Assembly: GCA_032718475.1 (NCBI GenBank)
Contig: JAUCBJ010009121.1
Location: forward strand, 1 to 63,370
Direction: 5' to 3'
DNA length: 63,370 bases
Origin: Nemertoderma westbladi
Taxonomy: Eukaryota; Animalia; Xenacoelomorpha
The translations under genes and the position numbers were made by a program. This document shows positions 51,760-62,300 of this stretch, piece after piece (the stretch's first letter is position 1; the number at the start of each line of letters is the position of its first letter). The notes under the pieces were generated by a model. It saw only the letters and a list, made by a program, of their open reading frames with translations. It ran no database searches and had not been told where the DNA came from.

Positions 51760-53830
51760 TAATAGTTATAATTTAAGAAAATAAGTAAATTTGTTAAATC
51801 CATGTGCTGCTATGCAATGCGTAGTTAAACATTGAAAACGAGATGGAGCGGATGTGTCATTTATTTTACATAGAATTTTTTTACACGCTCGTGGGGCATT
51901 TCGTTTCAGTCAATAAGGTACTGGAGGTTGTTGTTACTGAAACTTAGTCTCTATTCCCTCTCCCCTCAAAAAAGTCGTTATTGCAGCATGTTTGATTTGA
52001 AAGCTTGCATGGCTGTTCAAAATGGAATAACAATACATGGCCTGGAATTCATGTTTAAATGGTGTTGTTGCTTCACAAGTTCTTCGTCTTGCGCCATTGA
52101 TGACGGCTTTTATGTTATGTTATGGGTCGATGCTAGGTTTGTTAGAGATGGTAGATCTTCCTTCCATGCCAATAGACTGTACTCAGACATGTATGTATTA
52201 TCTCGTGTTCTCGCGGTACAGTATGATGTGATAGTATTGTTGAGAATAAGTGTAATACTTTAGTATTATGGCTATTTAATATGTTGTATGTGACCCGACA
52301 TTTGTTGTATGCTACTATTTGTTGAACAGTTTCACTGTTGAAGAGCTTCCATAAGACATTGTTAGATATGTAATTACTAACTCCAAGTATTGTGCGCATG
52401 GCTTTTCGGATTGTTCTTTCTAGGGGTCTCAATAGGGCAATCTCAATAGGTGAAGATCCATAAAAAATTAATGGGAGACATACAATTTCCCTTATGAGAG
52501 ATGTAACGGCTAGTGGGACATCATAGGACGAATTCCGATCTTCCGAATTCCCAATCGGAATTCCGATCCGACGAATTTAAGGTCCGATTATTTAGAGCAG
52601 CAGTAGTTCCAGTACTCCTCTATGGGAGTCCATGCTGGGCTCTAACTGCTGAGGATACCAAATATCTGGATGGCACATTCACAAGAATGCTACGCCGGGT
52701 TCATTGTGTCAAATACAATGCACACATCTCCAACCAGACACTATATATCATTGGAGGTGTCTCATTGGTTCCCCTAAGCTTGACACTAGAACAAAATCGC
52801 CTCCGATTTGCAGGACATTGCTTTCGCCGTGAGGACCAGCCAGTGCATAATCTTGTACTTTGGTAGCCTCATGGAGTGAATAAGTATGGTGGACAGCCCA
52901 TGACTTTCTTGAGACGCATCTTAAAGGACACTGGCCTTGAAGATGCGGATGATCTAGCAAATGTCATGGGTGATAGGGAGTTGTGGCGGTGCAATTTTGT
53001 TGACAAGCCGGCACAGCATTCTTAAAAATGCAGCTGTAATGCAGCATGCCGATCCTAGTAGTAGTAGTAGTAGTAATAGGACGAAAGTGCTTTTGATTTT
53101 GTTTGGGAAACATTTATCCAGCACTTTTTCGTGAAGTGGTCTCGTAGGTTGGATGGGGTAGATGGTAAGGGTAGCCCCAAATATTTAAGTTTTGCCTCAT
53201 GTATTAGGTTTTTCCCAGGTTCAACTTGAATTGATTCTTGATTTCCTGTCGGTTGTGAAGAGGCAACAATGTAATGGGATTTGTGTACAAGTTCAAGCAT
53301 AATCCATTATTCTTGAAATAGTCGGTGCACAGACGTAGTACTGTATTCTGATGAGATCAGATTTTAAATAGGCCAATATTAATATGTCATCTGCAAAACT
53401 AAAGGCTGGGTAGGACTCATCCGCAACATGTAGGCCCAGTTTGGCAGCATACATATAGGGATGCAAATAGGTCTGCTAAGTAAAAATTAAAAAGCCAACC
53501 AGAGAGTACTCCACCTTGGCGTATGCCACGATGGAGTGGTATCATCTTCGTATGGATGAGGTTTCCAATCTTTATTGAGACTTTTGATTTGCTGCAAAGC
53601 AAAACAAAGCGATCAGTTGTGGACTCAGGTTTGTTTCTTCGAGTTTGCTGAACATAACATTGTGTTTAATAGTATCAAATGCGGCCGATAGATCGAGTGA
53701 TACGACATGGACTGGTGATGACTCTTTGTTGAAAAATTCAATGAGTTTACTTGCTGCTGTTACAGTAGATATGGTACTTCACTGTGCATCCCATGTTTAT
53801 TTGCCATTTGCAGGTGGCTTTGTTTAATTG
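51760..53830 (-). mobile_element. Degenerate non-LTR retrotransposon (RT domain with frameshifts and stops), interrupted by an RTE copy; boundaries approximate
   Basis: Minus strand: DLSAAFDTI, GIRQGGVLSGWLFNFY, FADD, KYLG, then past the insertion PLIFYGS and RKAMRTILGV. Confidence 0.8.
52533..53075 (+). mobile_element. 5'-truncated RTE LINE copy with a premature stop and (TAG)n tail
   Basis: Near-identical to the reverse complement of about 12962-13442; TGG TAG replaces W-Q; 10-bp TSD ATAGGACGAA at 52523-52532 and 53076-53085. Confidence 0.92.
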
Positions 53831-53919
53831 GTTTCAGTTCCTCAATGATTGTGTGCTCCCAAATGTTCCTGTTTCATGATTGTGTGCTCATATGTAATTT
53901 TCTCATGTTTGTCAGAGTC

Positions 53920-54255
53920 TAGTATGACTGTACGTCTGTTGTGTGTCAGTCTGACTGTTGTCTGTAAAATATAAGAAAGCACACCAATTTACTTAAATTT
54001 TCGACTTGGGGGGTTTTCCTTAGCGGCGATTGCATTTCCGACGTCAGTTCTCATGTTTGACAGCATTTAGTCTGTCTGTCAGTCTATTTGTATATCTGTC
54101 TGTTGTCACTCAAAATATAAGAAAGCCCTCTACGTGGCTAATATTTTAACTATATATGGTATTTCTGGCCTGTAATTTCATTTTTGATTTCAGTTTTCAT
54201 GTTTGGATGAATTTATTCTGTTTGTTGCATCTATACTAATTATCCAAATATATAA
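53920..54255. repeat. Old, diverged tandem of about 130-140 bp (2-3 units; AAAATATAAGAAAGC and CAGTT(C/T)TCATGTTTG recur)
   Basis: AAAATATAAGAAAGC at about 53966 and 54112; a related unit lies at about 55140-55250. Confidence 0.55.
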
Positions 54256-54293
54256 CTAAAGAAATTACAAAAGAAATAACTTTACCTAAAAAT

Positions 54294-54352
54294 TTTAATT
54301 ACTATTGAATAGTTCTAGAACTTTTTAATTACTATTGAATAGTTCTAGAACT
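54294..54352. repeat. Perfect 30-bp tandem duplication (TTTTAATTACTATTGAATAGTTCTAGAACT)
   Basis: Directly visible, two copies. Confidence 0.9.
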
Positions 54353-54549
54353 TTACATGTAGTTACCAAACTATACCAATCGGCAGGGAAAATAAGGCAA
54401 TTAAGTTTATAGAATAAATTTGAAATCGGTCACACTAAGTCCTGAGATAATGGACAATGGTGCAAAACATGAGCCGAGTCCTGGGCTGAAGTGGAGTCGC
54501 ACCGACACACACGTAATTCCCGAGGCGTTCTGCTCCACCGCCCTCTTAA

Positions 54550-55426
54550 GGGGGGGGGGGGGGGGGGGGTATACCCCCCCATAAACCTTTTTTTAAAATG
54601 GCTGTAAATTAGTGTTAAATGATAATATTGCTATTTTGTCATGGTCAACCACTGTATGGAAGGCCAAATAGCCTCCCCCTAGCGGCTGGCGGCGGAATTA
54701 AAGATTTCACTAAAATTGCTACTACTAGTCCCTCAATTTTGGTCCAAATTTCTTGAAACCAACTTTGTTGGACTCAGCGTGATCGACTCTACAAAAGTTA
54801 TCTTATAGAATTTTTAATTAGCCATTTTTATTTTAATTAATTAATTTAATTAATTAATTATCATATTTTTAATTAAAATTGGCTAATTAGAAAAAATGAT
54901 AATATTTATTAAAATTCCATAAGATATCTTTTAAAGCGCTACCAAAGCTCGTTCGAATGAGCCATAAACGAAGAAAATTGGTTAAAAAATGACGGAGGAG
55001 TAGTAATTTGAAAATGAAAAATGTCATTCCGAGAAAATGCCCTTCAAAGTTTAAACCATCCCACCAAAATTGGCTGTCTGTGTTCTGGTTGGTTAATTAT
55101 TTCTGGCACGAAGGTTGCATACCAACGAGCTAAAATGTTCATTACGGGGGTTTTCGGGGTCGCTGATTTCATTTCCGATGTCAGTTTTAATTTTTGGTGG
55201 AATCTAGTCTATCTGTCTGTATGTCGGTCTTCTGTCTTTCTTACAATTTGACGGACAGACCGTCATACGGAAAAACAGTGATAACCCGAGAACTGAAATA
55301 GATCTCACTAAGCGGTTTTCAGATTTGTATTCCTCATTAAATTCTGCTTTAGATGAAATAAAGAAACAACAATTTGAAAATTTTACCTGAGGGGGGGGGG
55401 GGGGGGGGGTATACCCCCCCTCCCCC
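54550..55426. mobile_element. Non-autonomous TTAA-targeting DNA transposon with GG...CC termini (Kolobok-like)
   Basis: TTAA at 54546-54549 and 55427-55430; both ends carry Gn-TATA-C7; purine start and pyrimidine end fit Kolobok better than piggyBac. Confidence 0.75.
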
Positions 55427-55836
55427 TTAAGAGTAAGGGAAGATAAAGGGAAGAGTAAGGGAAGATTAAGGGAAGAGTAAGATGCAAATTAGTAATGTTC
55501 CAGAATAATTTATGCTTCCGATAAGTTTCCAAAGTAGGCATACTGCTGAAAATAAGTTATAAAATGGCATTTAAGTGTAGTTTAGAACGATTTTAACTTT
55601 TGGGGGTTGAAGTGTCCATAATCACACTACCACTAACTACAGTAGCAGTAGGCCTACTATTTCTCTATAGTAAAAAAATAATTATAGGCGTGCAATTAAT
55701 TTATATGGAGTGACGAGTAAGGCATAACACGTTACAATTATTATTAATAGTGTCCGGTTTCAGTACAGTCAAATGCAATAGGTGCCTTACCCATAAGAAA
55801 TACAAATACAGTAGAGACCCTTGAAGGAATACCCAC

Positions 55837-55959
55837 CTTATAAACACTCTCTTTTGAACTCCAGTTGATAGACCCATGTGTTCTTTGCTAGTTTCCTGGT
55901 AGTAAAACATAATTGATCTTGGTCCGTCCACTGCCATAAACTCATCAAGAGCAGAAAAT
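55837..55959 (-). CDS. DNAH5: DNAH5/DNAH8-like dynein heavy chain, 1st complete exon in window
   Basis: ttttttatttag|A TTT TCT...: (R)FSALDEFMAVDGPRSIMFYYQETSKEHMGLSTGVQKRVFI; MFYYQ is a recalled DNAH5/8 motif; donor AG|gtgggt; 123 nt = 1+40x3+2; AG+T gives Ser in frame with exon 32710. Confidence 0.9.
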
Positions 55960-55997
55960 CTAAATAAAAAATAATTTCTCTCTACATTTCCTGGCTT

Positions 55998-56087
55998 GGC
56001 CTCCTGAGAATGCCTTCAGTTGTGGGGCGAAACCTACCGATCAGATGGCTGCTCAGCTGATCATTGATTGCATGCAACGTCTAGGTC
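55998..56087 (+). ncRNA. Possible hammerhead-ribozyme-like motif of the Penelope-like element type
   Basis: GGCCT-C-CTGAGAAT-GCC(...)GGC-GAAAC ... GTC-T-AGGTC; non-canonical core and a long stem III. Confidence 0.3.
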
Positions 56088-56367
56088 TTGTTGCTTTTTA
56101 GTTTATTACATACTTTGGCACTGACACACCTACCGGTAAGGTTTTTACTTAACGTGCTTAATAAATAAATAAAATACAAAAAATAATTAATTGCCCTGTT
56201 TATTTCCATTTATACCTTTTATACCCTTTATAAGCTATGCGTTTATCCATAGGCCCTACAGTAGGCTAAGAGATTATTGTCTCAGTTAACCAAACGGGAA
56301 TATGTTTTACTGTAGACTCTCCAGCGCAGTGCAAAGGTTTAGGTGAATGAATTTTAGCACGATGAAA

Positions 56368-59300
56368 CCAACCAGTCGTCTATTAGTATATTGTCCTCCA
56401 CCTGGTCAACAACCTGTCGTCTATTAGTATATTGTCCTCCACCTGGTCAACCAACCTGTCGTCTATTAATATATTGTCCTCCACCTGGTCAACCAACCTG
56501 TCGTCTATTAGTATATTGTCCTCCACCTGGTCAACCAACCTGTCGTCTATTAGTATATTGTCCTCCACCTGGTCAACCAACCTGTCGTCTATTAGTATAT
56601 TGTCCTCCAGCTGGTCAACCAACCTGTCGTCTATTAGTATATTGTCCTCTACCTGGTCAACCAACCTGTCGTCTATTAGTATATTGTCCTCTCCTCCACC
56701 TGGTCAACCAACCTGTCGTCTATTAGTATATTGTACACCACCTGGTCAACCAACCTGTCGTCTATTAGTATATTGTCCTCCACCTGGTCAACCAACCTGT
56801 CGTCTATTAGTATATTGTCCTCTACCTGGTCAACCAACCTGTCGTCTATTAGTATATTGTCCTCTACCTGGTTAACCAACCTGTCGTCTATTAGTATATT
56901 GTCCTCTCCTCCACCTGGTCAACCAACCTGTCGTCTATTAGTATATTGTACACCACCTGGTCAACCAACCTGTCGTCTATTAGTATATTGTACACCACCT
57001 GGTCAACCAACCTGTCGTCTATTAGTATATTGTACACCACCTGGTCAACCAACCAGTCGTCTATTAGTATATTGTCCTCCACCTGGTCAACCAACCTGTC
57101 GTCTATTAGTATATTGTCCTCCACCTGGTCAACCAACCTGTCGTCTATTAGTATATTGTCCTCCACCTGGTCAACCAACCTGTCGTCTATTAGTATATTG
57201 TCCTCCACCTGGTCAACCAACCTGTCGGCTATTAGTATATTGTCCTCCAGCTGGTCAACCAACCTGTCGTCTATTAGTATATTGTCCTCCACCTGGTCAA
57301 CCAACCTGTCGTCTATTAGTATATTGTCCTCCAGCTGGTCAACCAACCTGTCGTCTATTAGTATATTGTACACCACCTGGTCAACCAACCTGTCGTCTAT
57401 TAGTATATTGTACACCACCTGGTCAACCAACCTGTCGTCTATTAGTATATTGTACACCACCTGGTAAACCAACCTGTCGTCTATTAGTATATTGTCCTCT
57501 ACCTGGTCAACCAACCTGTCGTCTATTAGTATATTGTCCTCCACCTGGTCAACCAACCTGTCGTCTATTAGTATATTGTCCTCTACCTGGTCAACCAACC
57601 TGTCGTCTATTAGTATATTGTCCTCCAGCTGGTCAACCAACCTGTCGTCTATAAGTATATTGTCCTCCACCTGGTTAACCAACCTGTCGTCTATTAGTAT
57701 ATTGTCCTCTACCTGGTCAACCAACCTGTCGTCTATTAGTATATTGTCCTCCACCTGGTCAACCAACCTGTCGTCTATTAGTATATTGTCCTCTACCTGG
57801 TCAACCAACCTGTCGTCTATTAGTATATTGTCCTCTACCTGGTCAACCAACCTGTCGTCTATTAGTATATTGTCCTCTACCTGGTCAACCAACCTGTCGT
57901 CTATTAGTATATTGTCCTCCACCTGGTTAACCAACCTGTCGTCTATTAGTATATTGTCCTCCACCTGGTCAACCAACCTGTCGTCTATTAGTATATTGTC
58001 CTCCACCTGGTCAACCAACCTGTCGTCTATTAGTATATTGTCCGGTTATATTGAAAAATATCGAGACATGAAAAATATCGAGAGTAAAAATAACGCGAGT
58101 AAAAACATCGAGTGTTGAAAAATAACGATAATATCGAGAGTTCAAAAAATATCGAGAGTAAAAATATCGAGGGTAAAAATATCGAGAGTAAAAATACCGA
58201 GTGTTGAAAAATATCGAGAGTAAAAATATCGAGAGTAAAAATATCGAGTGTTGAAAAATATCGAGAGTAAAAATATCGAGTGTTGAAAAGTATCGAGAGT
58301 AAAAATATCGAGTGTTGAAAAATATCGAGAGTAAAAATATCGAGTGTTGAAAAATATCGAGAGTAAAAATATCGAGTGTTGAAAAATATCGAGAGTAAAA
58401 ATATCGAGTGTTGAAAAATATCGAGAGTAAAAATATCGAGGGTAAAAATATCGAGAGTAAAAATATCGAGTGTTGAAAAATATCGAGTGTTGAAAAATAT
58501 CGAGTGTTGAAAAATATCGAGAGTTGAAAAATATCGAGAGTAAAAATATCGAGTGTTGAAAAGTATCGAGAGTAAAAATATCGAGTGTTGAAAAATATCG
58601 AGAGTAAAAATATCGAGTGTTGAAAAATATCGAGTGTTGAAAAATATCGAGTGTTGAAAAATATCGAGAGTTGAAAAATATCGAGAGTAAAAATATCGAG
58701 TGTTGAAAAGTATCGAGAGTAAAAATATCGAGTGTTGAAAAATATCGAGAGTAAAAATATCGAGAGTAAAAATATCGAGTGTTGAAAAATATCGAGAGTA
58801 AAAATATCGAGTGTTGAAAAGTATCGAGAGTAAAAATATCGAGTGTTGAAAAATATCGAGAGTAAAAATATCGAGTGTTGAAAAATATCGAGAGTAAAAA
58901 TATCGAGTGTTGAAAAATATCGAGAGTAAAAATATCGAGTGTTGAAAAATATCGAGAGTAAAAATATCGAGTGTTGAAAAATGTCGAGAGTAAAAATATC
59001 GAGTGTTGAAAAATATCGAGAGTAAAAATATCGAGTGTTGAAAAATATCGAGAGTAAAAATATCGAGTGTTGAAAAATATCGAGAGTAAAAATATCGAGT
59101 GTTGAAAAATATCGAGTGTTGAAAAATATCGAGTGTTGAAAAATATCGAGTGTTGAAAAATATCGAGTGTTGAAAAATATCGAGAGTAAAAATATCGAGT
59201 GTTGAAAAATATCGAGTGTTGAAAAATATCGAGTGTTGAAAAATATCGAGTGTTGAAAAATATCGAGTGTTGAAAAATATCGAGTGTTGAAAAATATCGA

Positions 59301-62300
59301 GTGTTGAAAAATATCGAGTGTTGAAAAATATCGAGAGTTGAAAAATATCGAGAGTAAAAATATCGAGTGTTGAAAAATATCGAGTGTTGAAAAATATCGA
59401 GTGTTGAAAAATATCGAGTGTTGAAAAATATCGAGTGTTGAAAAATATCGAGTGTTGAAAAAAATATAGAATGTTGAAAAATATCGAGAGTAAAAATATC
59501 GATAGTAACAATTTTTTTAAATAAGGGTTGTATGATAATTTTTTTTACTAAAAATGTTCTAGAACAACAATATTTATTAACATTTGGTAGTTTATACGTG
59601 TTCTAATATAATATTTAACAATATTTATAATATTTATCAAAATTTATAGCTAGCACTTCTTTTATAATATTTATTAAAAAAATAGCAAAAACTAGCTAGT
59701 ATAATAAATCTGGTAAATGGGTACCCAAGGTGTATTACATAATGCCATTCACTTGCACTTGCACTGTTGTAACCCATGCACTGAAATATTGTTCCATAAT
59801 TCTAAATAAAATGCTCAAGCAAAATGCAATATTTTTACTCTCGATATTTTTCAACACTCGATATTTTTCAACACTCGATATTTTTACTCTCGATATTTTT
59901 CAACACTCGATATTTTCAACACTCGTTATTTTTACTCTCGATATTTTTCAACACTCGATATTTTTACTCTCGATATTTTTACTCTCGATATTTTTCAACA
60001 CTCGATATTTTTACTCTCGATATTTTTACTCTCGATATTTTTCAACACTCGATATTTTTCAACACTCGATATTTTTACTCTCGATATTTTTCAACACTCG
60101 ATATTTTTACTCTCGATATTTTTCAACACTCGATATTTTTACTCTCGATATTTTTCAACACTCGATATTTTTCAACACTCGTTATTTTCGATATTTTTCA
60201 TCTCGCGTTATTTTTACACTCGATATTTTTTAATCACGTTAATTTTCAACACTCGTTATTTTTACTCTCGATATTTTTACTCTCGTTATTTTTACTCTCG
60301 ATATTTTTCAAGTCTCGATATTTTTCACCATTACCTATTGTCCTCCACCTGGTCAACCAACCTGTCGTCTATTAGTATATTGTCCTCCACCTGGTCAACC
60401 AACCTGTCGTCTATTAGTATATTGTCCTCTACCTGGTCAACCAACCTGTCGTCTATTAGTATATTGTACACCACCTGGTCAACCAACCTGTCGTCTATTA
60501 GTATATTGTCCTCCACTTGGTCAACCAACCTGTCGTCTATTAGTATATTGTCCTCCACCTGGTCAACCAACCTGTCGTCTATTAGTATATTGTCCTCTAC
60601 CTGGTCAACCAACCTGTCGTCTATTAGTATATTGTCCTCTACCTGGTCAACCAACCTGTCGTCTATTAGTATATTGTCCTCTACCTGGTTAACCAACCTG
60701 TCGTCTATTAGTATATTGTCCTCTCCTCCACCTGGTCAACCAACCTGTCGTCTATTAGTATATTGTACACCACCTGGTCAACCAACCTGTCGTCTATTAG
60801 TATATTGTACACCACCTGGTCAACCAACCTGTCGTCTATTAGTATATTGTACACCACCTGGTCAACCAACCTGTCGTCTATTAGTATATTGTACACCACC
60901 TGGTCAACCAACCTGTCGTCTATTAGTATATTGTCCTCTACCTGGTCAACCAACCTGTCGTCTATTAGTATATTGTCCTCCACCTGGTCAACCAACCTGT
61001 CGTCTATTAGTATATTGTCCTCCAGCTGGTCAACCAACCTGTCGTCTATAAGTATATTGTCCTCCACCTGGTTAACCAACCTGTCGTCTATTAGTATATT
61101 GTCCTCTACCTGGTCAACCAACCTGTCGTCTATTAGTATATTGTCCTCCACCTGGTCAACCAACCTGTCGTCTATTAGTATATTGTCCTCTACCTGGTCA
61201 ACCAACCTGTCGTCTATTAGTATATTGTCCTCTACCTGGTCAACCAACCTGTCGTCTATTAGTATATTGTCCTCTACCTGGTCAACCAACCTGTCGTCTA
61301 TTAGTATATTGTCCTCCACCTGGTTAACCAACCTGTCGTCTATTAGTATATTGTCCTCCACCTGGTCAACCAACCTGTCGTCTATTAGTATATTGTCCTC
61401 CACCTGGTCAACCAACCTGTCGTCTATTAGTATATTGTCCTCCACCTGGTCAACCAACCTGTCGTCTATTAATATATTGTCCTCCACCTGGTCAACCAAC
61501 CTGTCGTCTATTAGTATATTGTCCTCCACCTGGTTAGCCAACCTGTCGTCTATTAGTATATTGTCCTCCACCTGGTCAACCAACCTGTCGTCTATTAGTA
61601 TATTGTCCTCCACCTGGTCAACCAACCTGTCGTCTATTAGTATATTGTCCTCTACCTGGTCAACCAACCTGTCGTCTATTAGTATATTGTCCTCCACCTG
61701 GTCAACCAACCTGTCGTCTATTAGTATATTGTTCTCTACCTGGTCAACCAACCTGTCGTCTATTAGTATATTGTCCTCCACCTGGTCAACCAACCTGTCG
61801 TCTATTAGTATATTGTCCTCCATCTGGTCAACCAACCTGTCGTCTATTAGTATATTGTCCTCTACCTGGTCAACCAACCTGTCGTCTATTAGTATATTGT
61901 CCTCCAGCTGGTCAACCAACCTGTCGTCTATTAGTATATTGTCCTCCACCTGGTTAACCAACCTGTCGTCTATTAGTATATTGTCCTCCACCTGGTCAAC
62001 CAACCTGTCGTCTATTAGTATATTGTCCTCCATCTGGTCAATCAACCTGTCGTCTATTAGTATATTGTCCTCCATCTGGTCAACCAACCTGTCGTCTATT
62101 AGTATATTGTCCTCCACCTGGTTAACCAACCTGTCGTCTATTAGTATATTGTCCTCCACCTGGTCAACCAACCTGTCGTCTATTAGTATATTGTCCTCCA
62201 CCTGGTCAACCAACCTGTCGTCTATTAGTATATTGTCCTCCACCTGGTCAACCAACCTGTCGTCTATTAGTATATTGTCCTCCACCTGGTCAACCAACCT

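Noticed and set aside
58030-60375. 493-aa and shorter Phe/Ile-rich ORFs
   Set aside because: Translations of the foldback element's 15/17-bp repeat arms.
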